Made by a program: the position numbers and the translations under genes
Origin: an uncultured Clostridia bacterium
GTDB lineage: Bacteria > Bacillota > Clostridia > TANB77 > CAG-465
DNA length: 64,000 bases
Assembly: GCA_947584535.1 (NCBI GenBank)
Contig: CANPWO010000004.1
Span: forward strand, 542 to 64,541
Direction of reading: 5' to 3'
The notes under the pieces: generated by a model
What the model saw: the letters and a program-made list of their open reading frames with translations, nothing else
Database searches by the model: none
Told to the model about the DNA's origin: nothing
In this document: in pieces, positions 8,403 through 18,335 of the stretch
How positions within the stretch are numbered: position 1 is the stretch's first letter
How the letters are laid out: each line of letters begins with the position of its first letter

Positions 8403-10130
8403 ATGGAAGAAATGAACTCGCTAAAGGATATAATAAATATTAAATGTGATATGTATAAAGATAGAGTTGCTTTTCTTGAAAAAGATAGTAAGCATACTGA
8501 ATTTCAAGAAATCACTTATGCTAAAGTTAAAGATGATGTAAATTCTCTTGGAACAATAATGCTTGAAAAGTTAAATTTAAAAGATAAAAGAGTAGCAGTA
8601 ATAGGTGAAAACAGTTATAGATGGTATATGACATATATGGCTGTTGTATGTGGTGTAGGTATAATTGTACCTTTAGATAAGGAACTACCTGCAAATGAAA
8701 TCTTAAATTTACTTAAAAGATCTGAGGCAAACTGTATTGTTTACTCAAGTAGAAAGAAAGAGTTAATTGATGAAATTAGAAAAGATTTACCAAAAGATAT
8801 GGTATATATTGATATGAATAAAGATGAAAGCGATGATATGTCATATTCTTTAGATGAATTAGTAGTAGAAGGAAAAGAATTACTTGATACTGGAAATACA
8901 AAATACATAGATATTGAAATTGATAGAGAAGAATTCAAAATCTTGTTATTTACATCTGGTACAACTGCTACTTCTAAGGGAGTTATGCTTAATCATAGAA
9001 ATTTATGTGCTAATACAGTTGCTTGTTACTGCTTAGTACCAAAGATGCATGATTATACTTATCTTTCAGTACTTCCAATGCATCATACATATGAGTTTTC
9101 TCTTGTATATATTTATGGAACAAGTTGTGGTTCAAGAATTGCAATTTGCGAAGGACTAAAATACATTGCAAAGAATTTAAAGGAGATTAAACCTGATTGT
9201 TTATTTGCTGTTCCTGCTTTAATTGAAAATATAAATAAAAAAATAGAAAAAGCAATTAAAGAAACAGGAAAAGAAAATATGATAAAAAAAGTAAGTAAAG
9301 TAACAACAGGACTTAGCAAAATTGGAATTGATTTTAGAAGACAAGTATTTAAAAAAGTACATGAAACTTTTGGTGGAAATCTTAGACATATTTTCTGTGG
9401 CGCAGCACCAGTAGATAAAGAGCTTATTAGAAAAATGGAATCTTACGGGTTCTACTTCTATCAAGGTTATGGAATTACAGAAGCTTCTCCATTAATTGCT
9501 GGAACTGCTTTTGATAATAGAGTAGCAGGTACAGTTGGAAAGCCTGTGCATGGTGTTGAAATTAGAATTGATTTAAGTGAAAATACTGATGAAAATAGTA
9601 ATGTAGGCGAAATCATTGTAAAAGGCGACAATATTATGATGGGTTACTACAAAGATGAGGAAAATACTAAAAAAGCACTTCGTAAAGGTTGGTTCTATAC
9701 TGGTGATGTTGGATATTTCGATCCACAAGGTAATTTAATTATATCAGGTAGAAGTAAAAATGTTATTGTTACTTCAAATGGTAAAAATATATTCCCAGAG
9801 GAAATTGAATTTGAGATTAATAAAATACCACTTGTTGAAGAATCAATGGTATACGGGAAAAAAGATCCAAAGAATAAAAATGAATTAATAGTTGTTGCTA
9901 AAGTTACATTAGATGAAGAATATATTACTGAAAAATATGGAGATAATAGACCTAGTGATGAAGCAATACATAAAGAGATATGGGAAGCAGTAAAAGCAAT
10001 TAATAGAACTATGGTACCATATAAAGCAGTAAAAGAAGTAGAGATAAAAAAAGATGCATTTGTAAAAACTACAACAATGAAAATTAAAAGATATGTTGAA
10101 TTAAGTAAAGATAATGAAAAGAATAAATAA
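8403..10130 (+). CDS. AMP-forming long-chain fatty acid-CoA ligase
   Basis: 575 aa. The AMP-binding motifs are FTSGTTATSKGVMLNHRN, YGITE and GWFYTGDVG, with a C-terminal KIKR. Confidence 0.85.
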   Translation: MEEMNSLKDIINIKCDMYKDRVAFLEKDSKHTEFQEITYAKVKDDVNSLGTIMLEKLNLKDKRVAVIGENSYRWYMTYMAVVCGVGIIVPLDKELPANEILNLLKRSEANCIVYSSRKKELIDEIRKDLPKDMVYIDMNKDESDDMSYSLDELVVEGKELLDTGNTKYIDIEIDREEFKILLFTSGTTATSKGVMLNHRNLCANTVACYCLVPKMHDYTYLSVLPMHHTYEFSLVYIYGTSCGSRIAICEGLKYIAKNLKEIKPDCLFAVPALIENINKKIEKAIKETGKENMIKKVSKVTTGLSKIGIDFRRQVFKKVHETFGGNLRHIFCGAAPVDKELIRKMESYGFYFYQGYGITEASPLIAGTAFDNRVAGTVGKPVHGVEIRIDLSENTDENSNVGEIIVKGDNIMMGYYKDEENTKKALRKGWFYTGDVGYFDPQGNLIISGRSKNVIVTSNGKNIFPEEIEFEINKIPLVEESMVYGKKDPKNKNELIVVAKVTLDEEYITEKYGDNRPSDEAIHKEIWEAVKAINRTMVPYKAVKEVEIKKDAFVKTTTMKIKRYVELSKDNEKNK

Positions 10131-10136
10131 TATTAA

Positions 10137-10176
10137 TACCCAATATCATATGAAAATGATACTGGGTACTTTTTTC
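10137..10176 (+). terminator. intrinsic terminator
   Basis: Arms cccaatatcat / atgatactggg (one mismatch) are followed by a T-run. Confidence 0.6.
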
Positions 10177-10232
10177 AAAAAAATGAAAAAAGTATATTAA
10201 ATCAGAAAGTTTTTTCAAAAAATTGAAAAAAC

Positions 10233-10261
10233 TTGACAAAAATCAAAAACTATAGTAAAAT
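10233..10261 (+). promoter_or_regulatory. sigma-A promoter
   Basis: TTGACA, a 17-nt spacer, then TAAAAT. Confidence 0.55.
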
Positions 10262-10282
10262 TAATATAAGGAGAAGATACAT

Positions 10283-11506
10283 ATGAACTTAATAAATAGA
10301 GATGAATATTTATCAATATTAAAAAATTTTAAAGATCAACATATTATAAAAGTTATAACTGGTATTAGAAGATGTGGAAAATCTACTTTGTTTAAGCTAT
10401 ATCAAGATTATTTAAAAGAAATTGAAGTAGATGATTCTCAAATAATATCAATAAATTTTGAAGATTCAGATAATGAAGAATTGCAAGATAGAAAAAAATT
10501 GTATAAATATATAAAAGAAAAGATTATTAAAAATAAAAAGAATTACATTTTTCTTGATGAAATACAGAATGTTAATGAATTTGAAAAAACAGTAGATAGC
10601 CTTTTTTTAGATGAAAACTTAGACATATATATAACAGGTTCTAATGCATATTTGCTTTCTTCAGAACTTGCTACATTACTAACTGGGAGATATATTGAAG
10701 TGAAAATGTTGCCTCTGTCTTTTAAACAATATTTACATGCATTTGATGAAAAAAGTGATATAAACAAGAAATTTAGAAATTATATACAATTTAGTTCATT
10801 TCCACAAGCAATAGAATTATATAAGGCTAATCCTAGTAATATTGAACTTTTTTTAGAAGGAATATATAATACAATATTATTTAAAGATGTAATGCAAAGA
10901 AATGGAATAACTGATAAGGTTATATTGGAAAAAGTAGTAAAATATATATATGATAATATAGGTAGTAGAACAAGTATAAAAAATATAAGTAATAGTATTG
11001 AAGGAGTAAATAAAAACAATTCATATAATACTATATCTAATTATATTGAAGCTTTAATAAATAGTTATATTATATACAAAGTAAATAGGTTTGATATAAA
11101 AGGTAAAGAACATTTAAAAACACAAGAAAAATATTATGGAGTAGATATGGGACTAAGATACCATATGTTAGGTCAAAAAGCAGGTAGAGATATGGGACAT
11201 ATAATAGAAAATGTAGTATATCTTGAATTGTTAAGAAGAGGATATAAGGTATATATAGGTAAAATTGATGATTTAGAAGTGGATTTCATTGCACAAAACT
11301 CAAAAAATACAATTTATTATCAAGTAGCACTAACTACTAGAGATGAGGAAACTTTACAAAGAGAATTATTACCATTAAAAAAAATAAATGATAATTATCC
11401 AAAATATATATTAACTATGGATGATGATTTAGATGCCGATTTTGAAGGAATAAGAAAAATAAATTTAATAGACTGGTTGCTTGATGACAAGTATATAGAT
11501 AATTAA
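10283..11506 (+). CDS. AAA+ ATPase with C-terminal DUF4143/PD-(D/E)xK-like domain (COG1373 type)
   Basis: 407 aa with Walker A GIRRCGKST and Walker B IFLDEIQ. The C-terminus EVDFIAQ...YYQVA resembles a restriction-endonuclease-like fold. Confidence 0.75.
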   Translation: MNLINRDEYLSILKNFKDQHIIKVITGIRRCGKSTLFKLYQDYLKEIEVDDSQIISINFEDSDNEELQDRKKLYKYIKEKIIKNKKNYIFLDEIQNVNEFEKTVDSLFLDENLDIYITGSNAYLLSSELATLLTGRYIEVKMLPLSFKQYLHAFDEKSDINKKFRNYIQFSSFPQAIELYKANPSNIELFLEGIYNTILFKDVMQRNGITDKVILEKVVKYIYDNIGSRTSIKNISNSIEGVNKNNSYNTISNYIEALINSYIIYKVNRFDIKGKEHLKTQEKYYGVDMGLRYHMLGQKAGRDMGHIIENVVYLELLRRGYKVYIGKIDDLEVDFIAQNSKNTIYYQVALTTRDEETLQRELLPLKKINDNYPKYILTMDDDLDADFEGIRKINLIDWLLDDKYIDN

Positions 11507-11614
11507 TTTTATTATGGAAATTTATTTATATTAGAGCTATATATTAAAAACTTGTAAAATAGCAAATTTTGTAGTAACATATAGTTATTGATTAAGAAAT
11601 GGAGAAATAAAGTT

Positions 11615-12190
11615 ATGGAAGATATAGAAAATATAGTTGAAGCAGTATTATTTGCACTTGGAAGGGAAATATCAGTTGAAGAACTTTCTGATACTTTGCA
11701 AGTAGAAGAAGAAAATGTTAAAGAGGCAATATATTCTTTAGCAAATAAATATAACGAAAAAACAGGAGTTAACTTAGTCGTAGTAAATGATAAATATCAA
11801 CTTGTAACTAACAAGAAATACTACGAACAAGTAAATAAATTTGTAGAAAATACCAAAAGACAAAATTTATCTAATGCTGCAATGGAAACTTTAAGTATTA
11901 TCGCATATAACCCAAAAATAACTAAGTCAGAAATAGAGAAGATAAGAGGAGTAAATAGCGATTTCTCTGTAAGTAGATTACTTGAATGTGGGCTAATAGA
12001 AGAAGTGGCAAGACTTAATTTACCAGGAAGACCTGCAGCATATAGTGTAACTAGTGATTTCTTGAAATCATGTGGTATAAATACAGTAGAAGAACTACCA
12101 AGTTTTGATGAAGTTAGGATAAAAGATGAACAGTTACTTGTAACAGATTTTGAAAACAAAGAAGATGAAGAAAAAATAAAAGAAGATTAA
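11615..12190 (+). CDS. scpB: segregation and condensation protein B
   Basis: The start is moved to ATG 11615 (MEDIENIVEAVLFA), 9 nt after SD ggaga. The segment LSNAAMETLSIIAYNPKITKSEIEKIRGV...LPGRPAAY is typical of ScpB winged helices. Confidence 0.85.
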   Translation: MEDIENIVEAVLFALGREISVEELSDTLQVEEENVKEAIYSLANKYNEKTGVNLVVVNDKYQLVTNKKYYEQVNKFVENTKRQNLSNAAMETLSIIAYNPKITKSEIEKIRGVNSDFSVSRLLECGLIEEVARLNLPGRPAAYSVTSDFLKSCGINTVEELPSFDEVRIKDEQLLVTDFENKEDEEKIKED

Positions 12191-12195
12191 AATAG

Positions 12196-15100
12196 GTGAT
12201 TAATTTGGAAATAGAGTTTTTACTTGGTAAATCTAAAAGTGGAAAGAGTAAATACATATATGAGAAAATAAAGAAAGATATAGATAATGGTATAGAAGAT
12301 ATATTATTTGTTCCATCTCAAAAGCGTGCTATAACAGAAGAACAATTTATGGAAGAACTGGATTTAGATGGAATAATAGGCGCAAATATTACCACTATAT
12401 CTTCTTTTGTTATGGACTATTTAAAAGATAGAAATTTAAACTATGAAAGTAATAGATTATCTAAATTAGATAAAAAACTACTTTTAGCAAAAACAGTTTT
12501 AGAACATCAAGATATATTTAGTATATTTTCAAATGTATGCTTAAAGCAAGGCTTCTTAGAAAACTTATATAATTATATTGACATATTTCAAAGAGAGAAA
12601 GTTAATATAGAAGAATATAGTAAATTAAACTTAAGTGATAAATTATTAGAAGGGAAACTAAAAGAAATAGTAAAAATATACACTATTTATTTAGATGAAT
12701 TAAGTAAGACTTTTAAAAACAATTTAAGTGAGATGACACTTTTTACCCAAAATATAGAGCAAAGTGATATATTTAAAGGAAAGAATATATTTTTTGATGG
12801 ATACAACAATTTTACAAATGAGGAATTAGAATTTATTGATCTCCTTATAAAACTGGGGGCAAATATTACCATAGCATTAACTACTGATATAAGCTCAGCT
12901 GTTGATGTATTAAGTGGGAATACTGATGATATATTTGAAGTAGCAAATAAAACATATTTAAGATTACTTAAAATATGTGATAAAAATAATATTAGTGTAT
13001 ATAATAATGTTCTATATAAAAATTATAGTAAATCAAAAGAAAGTATAAAATTCTTAAGTGAAAATTTATTTTCAGCTAATTTAAACGAAAAGATAAAAGT
13101 AACTGAAGATAGTGTAAAATTATACCTTAAAGAAAATATATATAGCGAAGTAAGATATATTGCAAGAGATATATCAAAAAAGATTAGACAGGGGTATAAG
13201 TATAATGACTTTGTTATATATACAACAGATACTCAAAGTTATAATCATGTTATAAAGAAAATATTTTATGAGTATAATATTCCATACTATATAGATTATA
13301 AAAAGAATATCCAAAGTTCTAAACTATGTGACTATATAAAAAAATTACTTGATATATACAAAACAAAAATAACATATGAAAATGCTATTACAATATTAAA
13401 ATTAGGTTTAAATGATATAGATGAGGAAGATATATTTGAACTAGAAAATTATGCTCATGAATTTAATATATACAAATATAATTTAAATAAAAAATTAGAG
13501 TTAAATAACACATCTACTAAAGAGCATATATACGATTTAGAAAGATTAAATAGTGTAAGAAAGAAAATATTAGAGATATTTAATGATGAAGTAAATTTTT
13601 CGAGTATTTCTACAGCTAAAGATATAATTCTTAATATATATAATCATTTACAGAAAAATAATATATTTGTAAATTATAATAAACTAAATGAAAAGTTAAA
13701 GCTAAAAAATGAAGATATATCTTTTGAAGAACAAGTATATGATAAAATAAATGAAATTTACGATGCTATATTAAAAGTATATCAAGATAGCGAATTAAAA
13801 ATATCTGAATTTGCACAAATTTTTAGTATTTCACTAAGTGATATGTATATAAAATCTATACCACCATCAATAGATAATGTTAGTATAGTAGATATTAATG
13901 TATCAAAACTAAAGCCTAAAAAAATCACATATTTTGTTCAAGTAAATGAAAGTGTATTTCCAAAAAATGTAGATGAAGATATATTTTTCTCAGATTATGA
14001 ATTAGAAAAATTAAGTAATAAAAATATTGAATTTAAAGAAACAAGTTTATCTAAGTTAAATATGGGGCTATATAATATTTATGAGGCAATATCAAATACA
14101 CTTGAAGTACTTAATGTATCAATACTTTCAAGTGATACAACTGGAAAAGCATTAAGACCTTCAAATTTAATTACTTTAATTAAACAATGCTTAGATATAC
14201 AAATAATTGGTGATGTTGTAGATAAAGAAAAAGATGAGTATGATATATACTCAAAAGAGCAGGCTTTTAGAAAACTGGCAAGTAATATCTCAAATGGAAA
14301 TATTGATAAAAAAGAAATAGCTTTATACAATTATTTTAAAGATAACCATGTATATAATCAGGTATTAAATTATACAAAAAATGATGAGCCTTTAAATAAA
14401 AACAGTGTAGAAATGATATATGGTAACTTACTTACAACAAGTGTATCAAGACTAGAATTATTTAAAAAATGTCCGTTTTCATATTTTATGCAATACTCTT
14501 TAAATATAAATCCAAGAGCAGAATATGAAATAACATCTCTTGATACGGGTACTTTTATGCATAATGTACTAGAAGATTTTTCTAAATATTTACTAAAGAA
14601 TAATATATATTGGCAGGAAATAATAGATGAAAACGAAATATTAAAGAAAGAATATTTAGAAATACTGCAAAGTATAATAGATGATGAAATTAATGTAGTA
14701 TTAAAAAAGCATAAAGATAATATCAAATATGTAATATTAAAGCAAAAACTAGTAAGTACAATGAAAAATGTAGTAGCAATAATTGCAAAAAGTTTTAATC
14801 AGAGTGAGTTTAAACCGTATGGTTATGAGATAGAATTTAAAGATAACAGTATAATTGCACCATTTAAAATAAAGATAAATGATGAATGCTATATGAATTT
14901 AATTGGAAAAATAGATAGAGTTGATATTTATGAAGATGATGAAAAAAAATATATTAGAGTAGTAGATTATAAATCATCTTTAAAGAATCTTTCAATAGAT
15001 GATATAAAAGAAGGAATATCTTTGCAGTTAATAACATATCTTACAGTATTTATGAAAAACTGTAAAGCTGATAAAAAACTTGTACTACCTTCAGCTTGTG

Positions 15101-15483
15101 TATATTTTAATCTATCAGACAGTTTAATAAATGTTAAAAGTTATGAAAGTAATGATGAAGAACTTAAAGCAGAAATAATAAATAAATTAAGACTAAAAGG
15201 TTTATTTGTAAAAGACATAGAAATACTTAATAAAATGGATAAAAAAATAGATGATACTAAAAATAGGATGATAGATATAACTAAGCGTTCACTAAATGGG
15301 GATAGTAAAAAAGCATTAGAACAAGATGAGTTTATAAAACTTACAAATGAAGTAGAAGAAATAATCTCAAATATAGGAAAAGATATGTTAAACGGTGTTG
15401 TAAAAATAGCACCAAATAAAAGAAAAGATCCTTGCAAATACTGTAATTACATGAGTGTATGTAGAAAGAATAGTACACTTTAA
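12196..15483 (+). CDS. addB: ATP-dependent helicase/nuclease subunit B (AddB/RexB)
   Basis: 1095 aa with a GTG start. An N-terminal P-loop GKSKSGKS is present. The C-terminal nuclease domain carries GKIDRVD...VVDYKSS and Fe-S cysteines (CPFSYF ... CKYCNYMSVC). Confidence 0.85.
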   Translation: MINLEIEFLLGKSKSGKSKYIYEKIKKDIDNGIEDILFVPSQKRAITEEQFMEELDLDGIIGANITTISSFVMDYLKDRNLNYESNRLSKLDKKLLLAKTVLEHQDIFSIFSNVCLKQGFLENLYNYIDIFQREKVNIEEYSKLNLSDKLLEGKLKEIVKIYTIYLDELSKTFKNNLSEMTLFTQNIEQSDIFKGKNIFFDGYNNFTNEELEFIDLLIKLGANITIALTTDISSAVDVLSGNTDDIFEVANKTYLRLLKICDKNNISVYNNVLYKNYSKSKESIKFLSENLFSANLNEKIKVTEDSVKLYLKENIYSEVRYIARDISKKIRQGYKYNDFVIYTTDTQSYNHVIKKIFYEYNIPYYIDYKKNIQSSKLCDYIKKLLDIYKTKITYENAITILKLGLNDIDEEDIFELENYAHEFNIYKYNLNKKLELNNTSTKEHIYDLERLNSVRKKILEIFNDEVNFSSISTAKDIILNIYNHLQKNNIFVNYNKLNEKLKLKNEDISFEEQVYDKINEIYDAILKVYQDSELKISEFAQIFSISLSDMYIKSIPPSIDNVSIVDINVSKLKPKKITYFVQVNESVFPKNVDEDIFFSDYELEKLSNKNIEFKETSLSKLNMGLYNIYEAISNTLEVLNVSILSSDTTGKALRPSNLITLIKQCLDIQIIGDVVDKEKDEYDIYSKEQAFRKLASNISNGNIDKKEIALYNYFKDNHVYNQVLNYTKNDEPLNKNSVEMIYGNLLTTSVSRLELFKKCPFSYFMQYSLNINPRAEYEITSLDTGTFMHNVLEDFSKYLLKNNIYWQEIIDENEILKKEYLEILQSIIDDEINVVLKKHKDNIKYVILKQKLVSTMKNVVAIIAKSFNQSEFKPYGYEIEFKDNSIIAPFKIKINDECYMNLIGKIDRVDIYEDDEKKYIRVVDYKSSLKNLSIDDIKEGISLQLITYLTVFMKNCKADKKLVLPSACVYFNLSDSLINVKSYESNDEELKAEIINKLRLKGLFVKDIEILNKMDKKIDDTKNRMIDITKRSLNGDSKKALEQDEFIKLTNEVEEIISNIGKDMLNGVVKIAPNKRKDPCKYCNYMSVCRKNSTL

Positions 15484-15490
15484 TATATAA

Positions 15491-15525
15491 AAAAACTGGG
15501 TATAAATTAACTTTGCCCAGTTTTT
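15491..15525. terminator. bidirectional intrinsic terminator
   Basis: Arms aaaaactggg / cccagttttt sit between the convergent addB and antiporter genes. Confidence 0.7.
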
Positions 15526-15526
15526 C

Positions 15527-16489
15527 TTATCCAACAAATAATCTTGCAACATATATAAAAAACATAAATAAAAGAATTAATCCATTTGCACTAGTAATTG
15601 TATCTTTTTTACCAGTATTTGAAAAAAGCCATACTGTAAGTATTGCAAAGGCAAGAAGTGCTAAATTTATATTAAACTCAATTGAAAATACTAATGGTGT
15701 TATAACAGCACCAACTCCAATTACAAGTAGTAAGTTTAACATACACGAACCAACTAAATTACCAATTGCAATATTAGTATCTTTTTCTAAAGTAGCAATA
15801 ATAGTAGTAACAAGTTCTGGAAGTGATGTACCTATTGCTATAATAGTAAGCCCTATAATTCTTTGACTAATTCCAAAGGTTAAAGCTATATTTTCACAGC
15901 TATCTACTACAAAATCACCACCATACTTTAGCATAAAAATACCAATTATAATAAGAAATACAGATGTAATAACACTAATATCTTTTCTAGGCTTTCTTTT
16001 TTGATGTTCAACTTTTATAATATCTTTAACCGCGATAATTATAGGATATGCAAAATATACTAAAAATAGTAAAAGTAAAATAAAACCTTCGCTTCTACCA
16101 ATAATAAATTTACCACTACCAAATGATAGATTACCAATTAGAAGTACAAAAATAGTAGAAAATAATGCAATAGGCAAATGTATATTTTTAATATCTTTAT
16201 CTACTTTTACAGGTTTTAAAATAGCAGCAATACCTAGAATAAGTAAAATGTTACAAAGGTTACTTCCAATTGCGTTACCAACTATTAAATCTGTATAGCC
16301 TTTTGATGCAGATGTAATCGTAATTATAAGTTCGGGCATAGAAGTACCAATACATACTATAGTAAGTCCAATTATAATTTCTGGAATATGGAATTTTTTA
16401 GCTAAATTGCTAGAGCCCTTTACTAAGGCATCTGCCCCTATAATTAAAAGAATAAATCCAATAACTATGAAACATATGTCTTTTATCAT
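15527..16489 (-). CDS. Ca2+/Na+ antiporter (CaCA/YrbG family)
   Basis: The ORF is trimmed to ATG 16489 (MIKDICFIVIG), which has SD ggagg. Two alpha-repeats are present (GTSMPE...GNAIGSN and GTSLPE...GNLVGS). Confidence 0.85.
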   Translation of the reverse strand: MIKDICFIVIGFILLIIGADALVKGSSNLAKKFHIPEIIIGLTIVCIGTSMPELIITITSASKGYTDLIVGNAIGSNLCNILLILGIAAILKPVKVDKDIKNIHLPIALFSTIFVLLIGNLSFGSGKFIIGRSEGFILLLLFLVYFAYPIIIAVKDIIKVEHQKRKPRKDISVITSVFLIIIGIFMLKYGGDFVVDSCENIALTFGISQRIIGLTIIAIGTSLPELVTTIIATLEKDTNIAIGNLVGSCMLNLLLVIGVGAVITPLVFSIEFNINLALLAFAILTVWLFSNTGKKDTITSANGLILLFMFFIYVARLFVG

Positions 16490-16778
16490 TTGTTTCCTCC
16501 ATTTTTGTTTATTTTCCCATATATAGTATAAACTAAAAGTCACATAAAATAAATAGTAAATATCTAAAAAATAACTGTAAAATGGCGTAGATATAATTAA
16601 AATATGGCTTGAAATAAACATTATTTTACATATATTTCTATTTAATATAATTTTTGTAACATTTTTGTAAAAATTCCCTCCAAACACTTGAAATAATTTC
16701 AAAAAAAGATATAATATAAGTGAATAATAATGCAAACAATTATATGTAATAAATTTTGGTAAAGAGAGGGGCAAGTAT

Positions 16779-18179
16779 ATGGCTGATATAGTTGTAGGTT
16801 CAAAAAGAAAAGTCAATCTTTTTGATAGAGTAATACAAAGCGTAGTAATAATGGTAAATATGAATAAAATGAACAGAGCAATAGACGAACATTTATCAGT
16901 TATTCACAAAACAGAAGGCGACGAACAAAAGTTATACCAAGAAAATATATTAAGAGAAATAGTTTTTGTAAAATATCAATATGATATTATGCAAAGAGAG
17001 ATGTATGAACTAAAAATATCTTATCCACAAGATATAGTAGAAAAAATTAATTCAACAGATAAGATAGAAAGATTAGAGTTACAAAGAGTATTTTTAGAAA
17101 TGGAATACGATAGAGTAACTAGAGCAAAGTTTAAGTCAAGAGAAGATATCAAATATAATTTATTAGCAATTTCATCAGCAATTGATGCTGTTAAGCAAAA
17201 TATAAAAGATGAAGGAAAATCAATAAGATATAACAATTTAATTAAACTTGCAGAAGATATAGATACTAAACTTCAAACAGATGAATATACTGAAGAATTA
17301 TATAGCAAATTATTTGAAACAGTAGATGACTATGTAAGTTATATAAATGATAACTATGATATATCAAAACTTCCATCTGATGAAAGAGAGTTAATAGAAT
17401 TTGTTATTGAAACAATGATTAAAGGAATTGAATCAGATATTGATAAGCATATGTACGAATTTAATCTTGTAATTAATATTTGTAAAAATTCATATAGGTA
17501 TTTTAAAGTAATTGATAAAATATTTGAGAAAATACAAGGTATATATGATGAAAGTTTAGCAAATGGTATAATTAATATAAAAGATTACATTGGTATATAT
17601 AAAGAGGTATATGACTCAAAAATAAAGACAATGGTAAATGATGTACATAGAAGTATTGCAACAGAAGATGAATATTTAGAATATTCTAAATTACTTGCAA
17701 ATGAACAAACAGATGAATTAGATTTATTTGTTGAAAAAAGAGCTTTAGAATCAACTAATAATGATAGTGTAAAAGAAATATTAAGTTCAGATATAGATAA
17801 AAATGAAGAAATAGAAGCAGATGAGGATGAAGAACTTGAGGAACTTGTCGCTGATAATATTGAACTTGAAGATATAGATTCTAGTGATGAGGAAGAAGAT
17901 ATAGAAGATGTTGAAGATATAGAAGAGGTTGAAGATACTGAGAATAAAGAAACTGAAGAAACTCAAGAATCTCAGGATGATATCGACACTGATAAAAAGG
18001 ACGAGGAACAAGAAAAAGAAGCTAAATCTTCTACTTCTAAAAAAAGAGTTAGAAAAGGCAATATAGAAGAAAAAGAAATTGAAGTAAAAAATGACGAAGT
18101 AAATAATATAGATGAAGGTATAAAAGAAGAAACAAAAAGAAAAGTTGGAAGACCAAGAAAAGAAAAAGTAAATAGTTAA
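16779..18179 (+). CDS. hypothetical protein with poly-acidic region and C-terminal AT-hook-like basic tail
   Basis: 466 aa. SD gagagggg lies 7 nt upstream. The first roughly 330 aa appear helical. A D/E-rich tract follows (EADEDEELEELVADNIELEDIDSSDEEEDIEDVEDIEEVEDTE). The tail is basic and ends KRKVGRPRKEK. Confidence 0.6.
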   Translation: MADIVVGSKRKVNLFDRVIQSVVIMVNMNKMNRAIDEHLSVIHKTEGDEQKLYQENILREIVFVKYQYDIMQREMYELKISYPQDIVEKINSTDKIERLELQRVFLEMEYDRVTRAKFKSREDIKYNLLAISSAIDAVKQNIKDEGKSIRYNNLIKLAEDIDTKLQTDEYTEELYSKLFETVDDYVSYINDNYDISKLPSDERELIEFVIETMIKGIESDIDKHMYEFNLVINICKNSYRYFKVIDKIFEKIQGIYDESLANGIINIKDYIGIYKEVYDSKIKTMVNDVHRSIATEDEYLEYSKLLANEQTDELDLFVEKRALESTNNDSVKEILSSDIDKNEEIEADEDEELEELVADNIELEDIDSSDEEEDIEDVEDIEEVEDTENKETEETQESQDDIDTDKKDEEQEKEAKSSTSKKRVRKGNIEEKEIEVKNDEVNNIDEGIKEETKRKVGRPRKEKVNS

Positions 18180-18335
18180 GATAAGAAAAGTAGTCTAAAG
18201 TTTCTTTAGACTACTTTATATATTATATAAAAAAATTAAATTATTTCATGCAATATATAAATTACGACAAAAAAATATAATTATATGTAGTAAAATATAT
18301 GATATTAAAAGTAACAAAAGAGGTGTATATAATAT

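Noticed and set aside
10171-10231. A two-copy 21-nt direct repeat, tttttcaaaaaa(a/t)tgaaaaaa, spaced 40 nt apart. It was checked as a possible CRISPR-like or operator repeat.
   Set aside because: There are only two copies, the composition is extremely low-complexity A/T, and the repeat lies between a terminator and a promoter. This is not enough to call a regulatory site or an array.
15513-15866. A 117-aa plus-strand ORF.
   Set aside because: It is entirely antisense to the conserved C-terminal half of the Ca2+/Na+ antiporter and begins inside the addB terminator.
16490-16816. A 109-codon N-terminal extension of the antiporter ORF, as given in the ORF track.
   Set aside because: The extension is hydrophobic-junk-like. 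The conserved CaCA sequence starts at MIKDICF, which has a GGAGG SD. The extension would also overlap the promoter and start of the divergent 16779 gene.
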